Origin: an uncultured Planctomycetota bacterium
GTDB taxonomy: Bacteria; Planctomycetota; Planctomycetia; Gemmatales; Gemmataceae
Assembly: GCA_963849325.1 (NCBI GenBank)
Contig: CAWKHF010000014.1
Location: 15,217 to 79,216 of the forward strand
Direction: 5' to 3'
DNA length: 64,000 nucleotides
Position numbers and translations under genes: made by a program. How positions within the stretch are numbered: position 1 is the stretch's first letter; each line of letters opens with the position of its first letter. The notes under the pieces are model-generated. The model was not told the DNA's origin and did no database searches. It saw nothing but the letters and a program-made list of their open reading frames with translations. Shown here one piece after another: positions 33,097 to 43,345 of the stretch.

Positions 33097-35865
33097 TCAC
33101 TCCGTGGGTGGCGCTTCCTCCGGCGCGGGGGCGGGCTGGGCGCGTTCCTCCGGCTCCTCGCGGGCCACCTGGGCGATCGAGGCGATCTTGTCGCCCTCGT
33201 TGAGGTTCATGATGCGCACGCCCTGCGTGTTGCGGCCGACGACGCGGATTTCGCGGACGTGCGTGCGGTTGACCATGCCCCCGGTCGTGATGAGCATGAT
33301 GTCGTCGGCGTCGCGCACCGACGCCACGCCGACGACGGGGCCGTTGCGCTCGCTGGTGCGGATGTCGCGGACGCCCTTGCCGCCGCGGCGCTGCTTGCGA
33401 TAGTGCATGGCCGATCGTTCGCCGCCGCCCTCCTCCTCGGCGGCGCTCTCGACGGTGTGGTCCTCGGCCGCGTCTTCGGTCGTCTCTTCGGCCTCAGCGG
33501 TCTCGGCACCGGCGATGTTGGCGCCGAACGGCGTTCGCTTGCCGTAGCCGTTCTCGCACACCGTCAGCAGGTAGCCCTCCGGGTCGGCCACCACCATGCC
33601 GACCACCTCGTCGTCGCCCTGCAAGGTGATGCCCTTGACGCCGCGCGTGTTGCGGCCCATGGCGCGGGCGTCGGCCTCGTCGAAGCGGATGGCCATGCCG
33701 TTGCGCGTGCACAGCACCACCTCGTCGCCGGGCTGCGTCAGCACCACGTCGATGAGCGTGTCGCCTTCGTCGAGGCTGATGCCGATGATGCCGCCGCTCT
33801 TGGGCCGGCTGTACTCCTGCAGGGCCGTCTTCTTGACCAGGCCGCGGCGCGTGGCCATGATCAGATGGCCGCCGCGCGTCGAAGCGGCGCACCGGGATGA
33901 CGCTGGTGATCTTCTCCTCCGGCTTGAGCGACAGCACGTTGGCGATGGCCCGGCCGGTCGAGGTGCGGCTGCCTGCGGGAATGTCGTAGACCTTGAGCCA
34001 GTACAGCTGGCCGCGGTTGGTGAAGCACAGCAGGTAGGCGTGCGTGGAGGCGACGAAGAAGTGCTCGATGAAGTCGTCCTCGCGCGTCGCGCCGCCGATG
34101 ACGCCCTTGCCGCCGCGGTGCTGGGTGCGGTAGGTGTTCGAGCGGCAGGCGCTTGATGTAGCCGTTGTGGCTGATCGTGACGGCGTTGTCCTCCTCGGCG
34201 ATCAGGTCCTCCATGTTGAGCCGGCCCACCGCGCCGGTGATCTCGGTCCGCCGTTCGTCGCCGTACTTGTCGCGCAGCTCGCGCAGGTCGGTCTTGATGA
34301 CGTCGCGGATGTTCTGCTCGTTGCTCGAGCAGTTGCTCGTAAGCGAGGATCTTGCCGCGCAGGTCGTTGTACTCCTTGAGGATCTCGTCGCGCTCCAGGG
34401 CGGCGAGCTGGCCGAGCTGCATGCGCACCACGGCCTCGGCCTGGGCCTCGGTCATGTGGTAGCTGGCCGAGCACGCCGATCTCGCGCTGCAGCGCCGGCG
34501 AAGTGCGCCTCGCCCAGCGCCCGGCTCATGACGGCCGCCGCCACTTCCAGGCCCTGCAGGCGCACCTTCGCCTCGGCCCGGCTCGGCGAACGGCGGCAGA
34601 TGGGGATGACCTCGTCCAGCGACGAGATGGCGATGAGCTGGCCTTCGAGGACGTGCGCGCGGCGCTTGGCCTCGCGCAGCTGGATACTCGGTGCGGCGGC
34701 GGATCACCTAGACGCGGTGGCGGAGGAACTCCTCCAGCATCTGCTTGAGCGTCAGCACCTCGGGCCGGCCGTCCACCAGGGCCAGCAGGATGATGCTGAC
34801 CGTCTTCTCCAGCGGCGAGAACTGGTAGAGCTGGTTGAGGATCAGGTTCGGGTCGGCGTCGCGCTTGAGGTAGACGACCAGGCGCACCGGCTCGCCGTTG
34901 CGGGCGCTCGATTCGTCGCGGATGTCGCGGATGCCCTTGATGCGCTCGTCCTTGACCAGCTCGCCGATGGCCTCGGCCAGGCGGTTGCGCGTCTGCTGGT
35001 AGGGGACTTCGCGTGATGATGATCTGCGTGCCGTTGTTCTCCTCGCGGATGTCGGCGCGGGCGCGGAGGGTGACCTTGCCGCGGCCGGTGGCGTAGCCGT
35101 CGAGGATGCCCTGCCGGCCGCAGATGATGCCGCCGGTCGGGAAGTCCGGGCCGGGGATGATCTCCATCAGTTCCGGCAGCGATACGTCCGGCTCGTCGAT
35201 GAGCCGGATGAGCGGCGTCGCAGACTTCGCGCAGGTTGTGCGGCGGGATGTCGGTGGCCATGCCGACGGCGATGCCGTCGGAGCCGTTGACGAGCAGGTT
35301 GGGGAACTTGCTGGGCAGCACGAGCGGCTCGCGGTACTTGCCGTCGTAGTTGTCGATGAAATCGACGGTGTCGCGCGTCGAGGTCGGCGAGCATCTCGGC
35401 GCCGACGGCGGTGAGGCGGGCCTCGGTGTAGCGATGGGCGGCCGGCGGCAGGCCGGCGATGGAGCCGAAATTGCCCTGCGGATGGACCAGGCGGTGGCGC
35501 ATGTTCCAGTCCTGGGCCATGCGCACCAGCGTCGGATAGATGGACTGGTCGCCGTGCGGGTGGTAGCGCTTCATCGTCTCGCCGATGATGCCGGCGCACT
35601 TGCTGGTGGCGCTGGTCGGGCCGAGGCCGAGGTCGTTCATCGCCACCAGGATGCGCCGCTGCGACGGCTTGAGTCCGTCGCGCACGTCGGGCAAGGCCCG
35701 GCTGATGATGACGCTCATGGCGTAGGTGAGGTAGCTGTCCTTCAGCTCGTCGGCGATGTTGAGCGGATCGAAGCCGTTGCCGTTGCCGCCCGGCTGGGAT
35801 GGGCCATCACTCGGCGGTCCAACGGGGGGCGTCGTCGCGGGCGGAAAGTCGTCTGGCAAGGCCAA
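33097..35865 (-). CDS. gyrA: DNA gyrase subunit A (many indels)
   Basis: [62 protein letters not shown], GyrA-box QHRGGKG, C-terminal beta-pinwheel repeats ([20 protein letters not shown]). Confidence 0.96.
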
Positions 35866-36097
35866 TATCCTCCGGGGCGCCGTGTCGAAGCTCGGTAGGC
35901 GCCGGTGAACGTTTCTTGTGAATTTCTTCGGTTTATTCTAACAAAAACGGCCCCTCTCCACTACGCCGGTTGACCTCTTCTGGGGAACCATTTTGCTTTC
36001 GCGGTGGACCGGGGGGATGGTAAGATGTCGCTGGCAGCCGGGGGCGGTTCGAGGCCCCTGCAATACCGTGGCAACCCTTTGTTCGGGAGGATCGATC

Positions 36098-36517
36098 ATG
36101 CGCCGTCTTGTACTCGCCGCCAGCCTTTTCGCCGCCGGCCTCGCGGGCTTCGTCAACCTGTCCGCCGCCCAGCAGGAGAAGGACACACCCAAGGCCGCCG
36201 CCACGCGGAAACTGCTGCAAACCAAAGTGTCGGTGGACTACAAAGACACCACGCTGACGGATGTCATCGACGACATCAAGGAGCAAATCAAGGATAAGAC
36301 GAAGAAGACCTTGTTTGTACTCAAGGACAACAAGGGCGGCGTCTCCAACAACACCAAATTCACCTACAAGGCCGACAACAAGCCCCTGGAAGCCGTGCTC
36401 GACGAGATGTTCAAGAAGAACGATATGGGGTACGTCGTGGTCACCAAGGGCACCTACGATGGCGCACTGATGATCGTCAAGGGCAAGGCCCGCGGTTACC
36501 CGGAAAAGAAGGATTAG
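36098..36517 (+). CDS. Small secreted Lys-rich protein, STN/secretin-N-like domain
   Basis: RBS GGAGG; signal peptide; KVSVDYKDTTLTDVIDDI...FTYKADNKPLEAVLDEMF pattern. Confidence 0.65.
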   Translation: MRRLVLAASLFAAGLAGFVNLSAAQQEKDTPKAAATRKLLQTKVSVDYKDTTLTDVIDDIKEQIKDKTKKTLFVLKDNKGGVSNNTKFTYKADNKPLEAVLDEMFKKNDMGYVVVTKGTYDGALMIVKGKARGYPEKKD

Positions 36518-36608
36518 AAGCGATGGTTGTCCGAGCCGCGACCGTCAGGGAGCGGAGAAAGAACCGCTCCCTGACGGTCGCGGCTCGGATGGTCTCGGTT
36601 GACTCGTC

Positions 36609-37250
36609 ATGCCATCTCGTCTCTTTCTCGATCCCGAGCGAGCCGACGCCGAGGGTTTGGTAGGCGTCGGCGGCGACCTGCGGCCGGAGTTGTTGCTCGA
36701 AGCCTATCGGCGCGGCATCTTTCCGTGGTTCGACGAGCACAGCCCGATCCTGTGGTGGTCGCCGGACCCGCGCGCCCTCTTCGAGCTGGACGGCTTGCAC
36801 GTGTCTCGACGGTTGGCGCGGACGGTGCGCTCGGGCCGGTTCACCGTGACGTTCGATCGCGCCTTCGCCGAGGTCATCCGTGGCTGTGCCGACCGGCCGG
36901 AAGATGGGGTCTGGATCACCGCCGACATGATCGACGCCTACACGCGCTTGCACGAGTTGGGGCACGCCCACAGTATCGAGGTGTGGCACGATGACCAGCT
37001 GGCCGGCGGCGTGTACGGCGTGACGGTCGGCGGCCTGTTCGCTGGCGAATCGATGTTCCACCGCGTCCGCGATGCCTCCAAGGTTGCCCTCGTTCATCTC
37101 ATGGATCATCTGCGGCAGCGCGGCTTTGAGCTGTTCGATGTGCAGTTTCTCAACGATCACACGGCCAGCCTGGGCGCGATCGAGGTGCCGCGCCGCGACT
37201 ACCTGGCCCGGCTGCGCCAGGCCGTCGCCAGGGACGTGTGCTTTGCGTAG
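36609..37250 (+). CDS. aat: Leucyl/phenylalanyl-tRNA-protein transferase
   Basis: GGDLRPELLLEAYRRGIFPW, WWSPDPR, AHSIEVW, FAGESMFH, DASKVAL, DVQ. Confidence 0.95.
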   Translation: MPSRLFLDPERADAEGLVGVGGDLRPELLLEAYRRGIFPWFDEHSPILWWSPDPRALFELDGLHVSRRLARTVRSGRFTVTFDRAFAEVIRGCADRPEDGVWITADMIDAYTRLHELGHAHSIEVWHDDQLAGGVYGVTVGGLFAGESMFHRVRDASKVALVHLMDHLRQRGFELFDVQFLNDHTASLGAIEVPRRDYLARLRQAVARDVCFA

Positions 37251-37262
37251 CGTGCAGGACGA

Positions 37263-38513
37263 TTATTTCGCCGCCTTGTTCCAGTAAATCTTGGCATTGT
37301 GCGACTGCCGGCCGACGGCAACGATGTCGATACGGCCATCGCCGTCGAGGTCGGCCACGGCCAGATCCTCGACGCGCACGCCGCCCTCGTCGAGCAGATG
37401 ACGCTGCCACTTCGTGCCCTTGTCGTCCGTCGCTTTGAAGATACGCACACCGGATTTCTCACCGGACTTGTCGCTGAGAACGTCGCGCACGCCGATAATC
37501 AGCTCGTCGTCGCCATCGCCGTCGAGGTCGGCGCACCAGACGGCATGGCCCCATTTCAGCTTGTCGTCAAGGACGTGCCGATCCCACAGCTGAGCCGGAT
37601 CGGCGGGCGGCGTGTAGACGACGACCTTGTTGCCATGCCACGGCTCAATGGTGGCGATGAATTGGCGACCGTTCTTGAGCTTGCCGCGCTTGATCTCGCT
37701 GGCGCCGCGATTGCTGTTGGGGGTCGATTGATCGCCAACGCCGAGTTGACGCCGCGTCCATCGATCGCCGGCCCGGCGAAGCAGATGGACGCCCTCATAA
37801 CTGGCGGTCAGCACGTCCATGCCCTTGCCGCGCGCCGTCGGGACGGCTTGGAAATTGTGGATGACGTGCATACTCTCATCGAGCACTTCCATCGGCCAAC
37901 GGTCGCGCACCGGATCGTGGGGAATGCGATAGGCCAGCACGCGCACCGGCTGGCCGTCCATGTGGTTCTTCGCCGCGGTGCTGTCGCGTCCCATGAGCGG
38001 CACGGCGAGGAGGACCGGCTTGCCGTTGCCGTCGAGGTCGGCGAAGCGGATGCGATGCAGGGTCGGCTCGGCGCCGATGGGATGGACGGTCCACGGCTCA
38101 TCGAGCGTCGAGCCGCGCCGCAACCATTGCAGGGTGCCGCCCGATTTCGTGTTGCCGGGGTTCCACGCCGCCCCGAGGGCGAAGTCGAGCTTGCCGTCGC
38201 CGTCGATGTCCGCCGCCGAGAGGCACACGTTGTCCGGCTCGGTCTGGCCCTCGATGATGTTCCGTCGCTTCCAGGTGGGATTTTCGTACCACACCACGCG
38301 CCGCTGATCGACGACAACGATGTCCTTCTTACCGTCGCCGTTGACATCGACGAGCAGCACGGCATAGCCGACGCCGAGACCCTTTTCGATTTCTTGGACG
38401 CGGAAGTCCGGGATACCCGTGGACTCCGCGACGGCCCGCGATCGCGGCAGGCCGAGCAGGGACGAGGCGAAAAGGAGGACGATCACGAGGTGGCGAACAA
38501 AACGGCTGCACAT
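37263..38513 (-). CDS. Secreted FG-GAP/VCBS beta-propeller protein
   Basis: Signal peptide; repeated D(V/I/L)(N/D)GDG.xD motifs; EPWHGN and GHAVWCADLDGDG. Confidence 0.85.
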   Translation of the reverse strand: MCSRFVRHLVIVLLFASSLLGLPRSRAVAESTGIPDFRVQEIEKGLGVGYAVLLVDVNGDGKKDIVVVDQRRVVWYENPTWKRRNIIEGQTEPDNVCLSAADIDGDGKLDFALGAAWNPGNTKSGGTLQWLRRGSTLDEPWTVHPIGAEPTLHRIRFADLDGNGKPVLLAVPLMGRDSTAAKNHMDGQPVRVLAYRIPHDPVRDRWPMEVLDESMHVIHNFQAVPTARGKGMDVLTASYEGVHLLRRAGDRWTRRQLGVGDQSTPNSNRGASEIKRGKLKNGRQFIATIEPWHGNKVVVYTPPADPAQLWDRHVLDDKLKWGHAVWCADLDGDGDDELIIGVRDVLSDKSGEKSGVRIFKATDDKGTKWQRHLLDEGGVRVEDLAVADLDGDGRIDIVAVGRQSHNAKIYWNKAAK

Positions 38514-38708
38514 GACGGGACCTCCGCAGGGGAGAAACCAGGGATGTACCCTACGTCATACGAGTCGGCCGTCCCGGCCACAAGGGGCGCCGCTTCCATC
38601 GGGGACGAAAGACAAAGGAAAGACGACCTTGGGCGCTCGGCAGTCATCGCAGCGATGGTCGGACGGGGTCCATATTGACAAGTCTCTTCTCTGGAGGAAA
38701 ATGCGCTC

Positions 38709-38921
38709 ATGGAGACCAACCGCGACAACACCATCCCCGCCGATGTTATGGCCGACATGCAGGCCGTGGCCGACGCCCTCGCCGCCGGAAGGCCCGTGGA
38801 CCCCGAGGTTGCGCGGCGCGTCCGAGCGCGATCGGAGAAGGCCCAGGAGGAGTTGGTGCAACATTATGGCATTCGGGAAATCGCTGTTGAGCTTATCCGC
38901 GAGATCCGGGACGAAGAATGA
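38709..38921 (+). CDS. Putative antitoxin (VapB-like)
   Basis: 70 aa ending AVELIREIRDEE; ATGA overlap with the PIN gene; TTGACA promoter element at 38675. Confidence 0.7.
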   Translation: METNRDNTIPADVMADMQAVADALAAGRPVDPEVARRVRARSEKAQEELVQHYGIREIAVELIREIRDEE

Positions 38922-39343
38922 GATACGTCCTGGACAGTTCCGTCGCGCTCAAGTGGGTCCTCGCCGAACCCGACTCGCCGAAGGCCAGACAGCTGCGTGA
39001 CGACTTCCGCAACCAGATCCACGAACTGCTGGCCCCCGTCGTCTTCGAGGTGGAGATTGCCCACGCTCTGACCCGGGCGGAACGTCAGGGGAGAATCGCC
39101 GTCCCGCAGGCAGGCCTGTTCTGGGCGGACATCATGTCCACGCCGCCCCAACTCGAACCGTCAGGACCCTTGCTCCCCCGGGCAATTCAAATCTCCTCTT
39201 CCGCCCGCATCGGCGTCTACGATTGTCTCTACATCGCCCTGGCCGAGCGCGAAGGCTGCCCGTTCGTGACCGCAGACGCCCGCCTGGTGAGCAACTTGCA
39301 GAGACACTTCCCGTTCATTATTGCGCTGGCGGCAGTGCCATGA
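38918..39343 (+). CDS. vapC: VapC/PIN-domain toxin
   Basis: YVLDSSVALKW, EIAHAL, VYDCLYIALA, FVTADARL. Confidence 0.9.
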   Translation: MRYVLDSSVALKWVLAEPDSPKARQLRDDFRNQIHELLAPVVFEVEIAHALTRAERQGRIAVPQAGLFWADIMSTPPQLEPSGPLLPRAIQISSSARIGVYDCLYIALAEREGCPFVTADARLVSNLQRHFPFIIALAAVP

Positions 39344-39370
39344 TGGCCTGTGCTTGGGAGAAGAGGGATA

Positions 39371-39391
39371 GGGCACCCAACGAGGGTGCCC
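39371..39391. terminator. Hairpin between convergent genes
   Basis: gggcaccc-aacga-gggtgccc. Confidence 0.5.
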
Positions 39392-39415
39392 CGGTTGTCG
39401 GCGGCAAACGCAGTA

Positions 39416-39895
39416 CTACTCGGTTTGGCCGTTCAGCTTGGCCCGCTCGGCCAAGAGATCAGCGAGATTATCGGGTTGCCCCAAGGCATCCGCCAATTGT
39501 TTGATTGCGGTATCGACCTTGGGGATGAACTTCTCTGCGGACTCAACGATGGCCTTCTCCAGTCCGGGCAGATGCTTGGCTGCCTCGACCCGAACCTCCG
39601 CCGAGCATTCCGTGATGGGCTGCCAGTCGGCATCTGGCTGACTACAGGAGTAATATTCTCCGTAGCAGATCCGCCACTTGCCCTTGACCTTTTGCAGACC
39701 CAAGCAAGCGCATTCGGGATCGCCTGGGAGGAAATCAGGGTCGTGGTGGGAGCGGCTGGCGTAGATGAACTGAACCGGGCGGGGGATGTGAAGCCTGGTC
39801 AGGCGCTCCTCGGCTTTGAGCCAGAGGGCATTGAGTTGATCGTAGCGAGCGAACAGTTCCTTGCGCGCTTTCTCGGCGCGTTCATCGAGTGTCAT
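39416..39895 (-). CDS. Hypothetical protein
   Basis: RBS AAAGGGG; 159 aa, helix-strands-helix pattern (LGLQKVKGKWRICYG...WQPITECSAEVRVEAAKHLP). Confidence 0.65.
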   Translation of the reverse strand: MTLDERAEKARKELFARYDQLNALWLKAEERLTRLHIPRPVQFIYASRSHHDPDFLPGDPECACLGLQKVKGKWRICYGEYYSCSQPDADWQPITECSAEVRVEAAKHLPGLEKAIVESAEKFIPKVDTAIKQLADALGQPDNLADLLAERAKLNGQTE

Positions 39896-40200
39896 GGAGA
39901 CACCCCTTTCTAGCCCCAAGGGGGCCGTCTTGAAACTCATCCGCCAGGGGCGGACGTGGGATCGGCTTCCGCCGACAACAACACTAAACTACGCACTTCC
40001 CCATCTGTCGACAATGGTGCCGACTCTCTTCCGTCAACTCGTCGAGTGGGGTATTCACCTTGATGCCGCCCGCGTAGAGGAGAGGAGGCGTCAGGCGAAT
40101 GGAAGCGGCGATGAAATTGACCCTTGAGGCTTGTAAGCACGTATGCTATCATCCCCAGTGCGCTGACGGAAGGCATTGCCCGCCAGGAAGGCTTGAGGCG

Positions 40201-40532
40201 ATGAAGTTCACGACACTCATCCCCACGACGCGGAACGACGGTACGGAAGTCAAACCGGCTGTCTTGATTCGCCTCATCGACCGACTCTGGCAGCCATTCG
40301 GCGGCATGACGGAGGAGGGACGAGTAAGGGGGCATTGGATTGACGACGACGGCACGGAATTCACCAACGTCTGCATCAAGGTATCTATCGAATGCGACCG
40401 CGACCGGCTGCAAGAGGCCATTCAGGCTGTGCGGCGCGTGGGCCGCAAGCTGAACCAGAAGGCGATGTACTTCGAGGTTGCCGGTTACGACGGTGTGCAA
40501 ATCCTGCGCATCGAATCCCCGAGGGGCTCACT
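40201..40532 (+). CDS. Small alpha/beta protein (DUF3574/PII-like pattern); stop apparently lost by an indel
   Basis: MKFTTLIPTTRNDG...FGGMT..G...GHWIDDDG...LNQKAMYFEV; directly upstream of the HicB-like gene. Confidence 0.6.
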
Positions 40533-40549
40533 GACCACGGGAGGATGGC

Positions 40550-40957
40550 ATGACCGCGAAAACGAAATCCAAGGCGAGCAAACCGATCACCGACAAAGCC
40601 CGTCACCTCCTCCAGTTCGCGGAGTCCAGGGCCAAGGAGGTGGCGGACTGGCTGGAATTGCATTTCGCCTTGTTCGGAGTGGACGGCAAGGCGACGGAGT
40701 TGTTCGCCACGGAGTCGGAACGGTCGGCCTTCTTGCGGAGCGCCGAATACCAACGCATCCTCGCCTTGATGGACACCTTGCCTCGGCCCAAAAAGGACGA
40801 GATGCGTGAATTGATTTCCTCCGCCAATGGGGCCATCAGTGTGCGTTTGCCCCGCTCGGTGCATGCCGCGCTCCTGGCCGAGGCGAAGGCGGAAGGAGTG
40901 AGCTTGAACCAGCTATGCGTGGCGAAACTCATCGCCCAGCTGCGGGCGGTGGTTTAG
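40550..40957 (+). CDS. HicB-like antitoxin with C-terminal ribbon-helix-helix
   Basis: RBS GGAGG; C-terminal NGAISVRLPRSVHAALLAEAKAEGVSLNQLCVAKL. Confidence 0.8.
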   Translation: MTAKTKSKASKPITDKARHLLQFAESRAKEVADWLELHFALFGVDGKATELFATESERSAFLRSAEYQRILALMDTLPRPKKDEMRELISSANGAISVRLPRSVHAALLAEAKAEGVSLNQLCVAKLIAQLRAVV

Positions 40958-41011
40958 CCGACCAGCCGAGGAGAAAGAACGCTTCCGGACACCGCGAGGA
41001 TGAGGGCTTGC

Positions 41012-43227
41012 TCATCCTCCCGCCGGCAGCGGAAGGACGCGCCACGACAGCAGGTGCAGGGAATATTTGTCGATTACCTCCATGTCGAGACGGCTCCGGA
41101 CCTCGCCGCGGCAGTAGAGGGCTTGCTGAAAGAGTCGGCCGAGCGGAGAGTCGAAAGTCCGTCCCGACGCACCGCGCGCGGCGGCGTCGCGGGCCTGTTC
41201 CAGGGTCGGCTGTGCCAGGCAAGTGAAGTCCACCGGCTGCCCCTCGCCGCGGACGGCTATCGCTACCAGATGTTCTTGCGCTGGTGCATTCGCCGCCTTG
41301 AGCCGTCGTGCCGGTGTCCGCAGCTCCTGATTGGCCAGCAGGCGATTCTCCACGGACGTCCCCGGCCGCGGAAAGACGACCTCAATGCCGAAACCGCTGT
41401 TGACGAGCAGCAGCGTGACATCGACTGCCTCACGCCCCTGGTTGACGACACGCCAGGCGACCCAGTCGCCGTCGGACACCGTCGCCCCTGGTGTGCCGCC
41501 CTTCAAGGGAGTTCCCTCCTCGTCGTTCTCGTCCCGCAGCTTGAGCATCTCCACGTCCACGTTGATCGTGCCGACTGCCCCTCGCCGCGCCGCACGCACG
41601 GTCGGTTTGGTCAGGGCCAGCAAGTTCTCGGCGCGAGCGATGCGGCCGAGCGCTTCCTTCAGTGCCGCCGCCGGTTCGTCACCCAGGGGAAACCGAGGGC
41701 CAGACGATGCCGGCTGGCCGCGAACCGTCTGGGCGGCCTCGGCGGGCAGCAAGAAAAGGCGACCGTCGCGGACCTGCACGACCCAGCGAGCCTCGCCCAA
41801 CACGCCGACCATCCGAAAGACGGCACCGGGTTCCTTCTCCCACTCCCGCAGCTGCTTGTCGAGCACGTTGAGGGACGCCGCCTGGGCTTTCTCGCTCTTG
41901 TCCACCGCCACCGGCACGCGGGCAAGGTCGTAGGCCAGCTGCACCATCTCGCAGCGTCCACCCTCCGGCAGTTCCTTCGGCGCGGCCATGCCCGCATGGG
42001 CGTGAGGCTCGACCTCGGACTCCAGGGCGTCGCTGTGGAGGATGTGGACGTGGCCAATGAGCTTGTCCTTGTTGGGCGGATAGACGGCGAGGATGCTGCC
42101 TTCGCTCAGCCCGCGCAGCCGGCCGCCGTTCACCATCCAGTCCTTGACCGAATCGCGGCGCAGGACGAACTCGGATCGGCCCGGCCAGCTTTTCAGCCCG
42201 AGCACTTCGCGGTCCACGTCCGCCCCGTCGATCAGAGGAGTCGGAGAGGTACGACCCCAGCGCGTGTACTGCGCCCGGATGCGCTGGGCCAGCTCGCGGT
42301 AGGTCAAACGCGCCGCCGGTTCATGGAGGACTTGGCAGAGCGTATAAGTGAGCAGACCGTGCGATTGCCGGACCTCGCCGTCGGGAGGCAGGAGCATCTC
42401 GAAGGTCGGCTCGAAGGGCTGGGCGGCGTACAGCGCGACCAATCGCGGCGGCGCCGGCCGCGGCGCGGCGGCTCGTCCGATGGCTCGCCGTCGCGCCTTC
42501 TCCAGGGCGACGCGGGCGATCACCTCCTCGGCCGGGACCTCGCGCCTACTTCGCCGCCGCCGCGCAGCAGCGTCCCGGAATGACACGAATCCGCGATGAG
42601 CCAAACGTGTACTCCTCGATCGATCAACTGCTGCGTTCGCTCGCCCAGTTCATCGTCCGCCAGCACATTGCTCCAGACCTCTTCGCCGTCCCTGGGCGGC
42701 CGGGCGTCGGCGGGCAGAAAGAGTTCGTCCAGACCATCCGCCTCGTCCAGGGGCGGCTGGTCGGGCTGCTGGCTGCCGTGTCCCGATAGCAGGATGACCA
42801 CCTGATCGCCGGAGCGAATTCGGTGGAGCAAGCGGTCGAACTCGCGGCGGATGTGGGCCAGTGTCGGGCGGTTGTCATCTCCAGCCGACTCCGACAGGAC
42901 CGTGATATTCTCCTCGGGGAAGTGAAAGCGTTCTTGGAGGACTTTGCGCAAAAGGACAACGTCGTTGCCGGGGCCTTCCAGGTTCGATAGGGCCGGGGGA
43001 AGGCAGTCGTAACGAGTGCAGCCAACCAGTAAAGCATGACGGCGATTGCTGGACTTGTCCGTTGCGGGGAGGGGCAAGGGAGCGGCGCGCGGATTTTCCT
43101 CCCTCTCTCGGGTTGATTCCTCGGGCCGTGGCGCGTTCGGACGGCCCGTGTCCCGCGCCGCGCAGCCGACGAGTATTCCCAACAGCAGAACGGCGAGCAG
43201 TCCAGCACGGCGGAAAGGGAGCTTCAT
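41012..43227 (-). CDS. Caspase-family (C14) lipoprotein with C-terminal DUF4384-like domain (indel near 42560)
   Basis: Lipobox ILVGC; HALLVGCTRY, LEGPGNDV, LSGHGSQ (His), IADSCHSG (Cys), HGLLTYTL, TPLIDG; GDWVAWRVVN...VTLLLVNSGFGIEVVFP. Confidence 0.85.
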
Positions 43228-43345
43228 GGGCAGTGCTCTCCGAGAGGAAGGATGGTGAAAGTCCTTTCCACCCTTGACACGTCCTTTCCCATTTGATCGA
43301 TTTGAAGGATCGAGTCAAGCGAGGACGGGCGTCAGAGGGGCCGCC

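Noticed and set aside
33097-35865. gyrA or other genes as pseudogenes, or programmed frameshifting
   Set aside because: Essential genes are hit throughout, there are no consistent slippery sites, and motifs are undegraded.
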